Source: Candidatus Obscuribacterales bacterium (GTDB taxonomy: Bacteria; Cyanobacteriota; Vampirovibrionia; Obscuribacterales; Obscuribacteraceae). Taken from it: DNA of 64,000 bases. The DNA is not shown here. Below are more model-generated notes on this DNA. The model was given only the letters and a program-made list of their open reading frames with translations, did not search any database and was not told where the DNA came from. How positions within the stretch are numbered: position 1 is the first letter of the stretch. The stretch spans positions 41,092-105,091 of the forward strand of contig JAIETZ010000006.1 in the NCBI GenBank assembly GCA_019744775.1, read 5' to 3'.

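Noticed and set aside
1-64000. The giant ORFs as pseudogenes or assembly chimeras of collapsed repeats.
   Set aside because: There are no frameshifts or stops over 64 kb. Repeat copies are clearly diverged (roughly 15-25% by eye), so they should assemble uniquely. Divergence is concentrated at synonymous sites. Long-read confirmation is still advisable.
1-64000. Mobile elements, integrases, a diversity-generating retroelement, and tRNA, rRNA or ncRNA genes.
   Set aside because: No ORF outside the three giants is credible. There are no terminal inverted repeats, no reverse-transcriptase-like or transposase-like translation, and the spacers (224 and 215 nt) show no tRNA-like structure. I noticed no template/variable repeat pair with adenine-specific mismatches.
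1-64000. An ice-binding or antifreeze-type function suggested by the Thr/Asn-rich beta-helix composition, and any specific taxonomic assignment.
   Set aside because: I saw no regular TxT or TxN flat-face repeat with fixed short periodicity. Taxonomy cannot be derived from composition alone without a database search.

Overview
The window holds three head-to-tail giant genes on the + strand and almost nothing else. 63,561 of 64,000 nt are coding, and the two spacers are 224 and 215 nt. Gene 1 (nt 1-19619) is cut by the left edge: its frame is open from nt 3, giving at least 6,538 codons. Gene 2 (19844-31657) is complete at 3,937 aa. Gene 3 (31873 to beyond 64000) is missing from the supplied ORF track because it has no stop codon in the window. 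I followed its frame (position mod 3 = 1) through more than 20 repeat anchors to the right edge. That gives at least 10,709 codons, with about 145 more expected by comparison with the paralogues. All three proteins are Gly/Thr/Ser/Asn/Ala/Ile/Val-rich and poor in charged, aromatic and Cys residues, which fits very long parallel beta-helix or solenoid fibres. They are mosaics of shared module families. These are a Sec signal peptide plus a conserved ~300-aa head (genes 2 and 3), and A-type ~230-280-aa superrepeats. There is also a B-type array of about 774 nt per unit with a GGITHNT motif (9 copies, gene 3) and a C-type array of about 1,020 nt per unit with an LQFNNGG motif (12-13 copies, gene 3). 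A 2.47-kb supermodule carries PGRS-like GGxGG rungs plus a non-repetitive insert (3 copies in gene 1, 2 in gene 2). Finally there is a collinear ~1,050-aa C-terminal module. That module ends in ITADPP, TTVIPFD(T/S)SP, a charged linker, PISYSP, a FecR-like beta domain (inference) and a helical tail. I recognised no TPS motifs, autotransporter barrel, RTX repeats, sortase signal or T9SS signal. No transporter, regulator, mobile element, tRNA or CRISPR is present. All minus-strand and alternative-frame ORFs in the track look like compositional artefacts. Limits: no database or structure search was possible, repeat boundaries are approximate (about +/-30 nt), identities are judged by eye, and the taxon is unknown.
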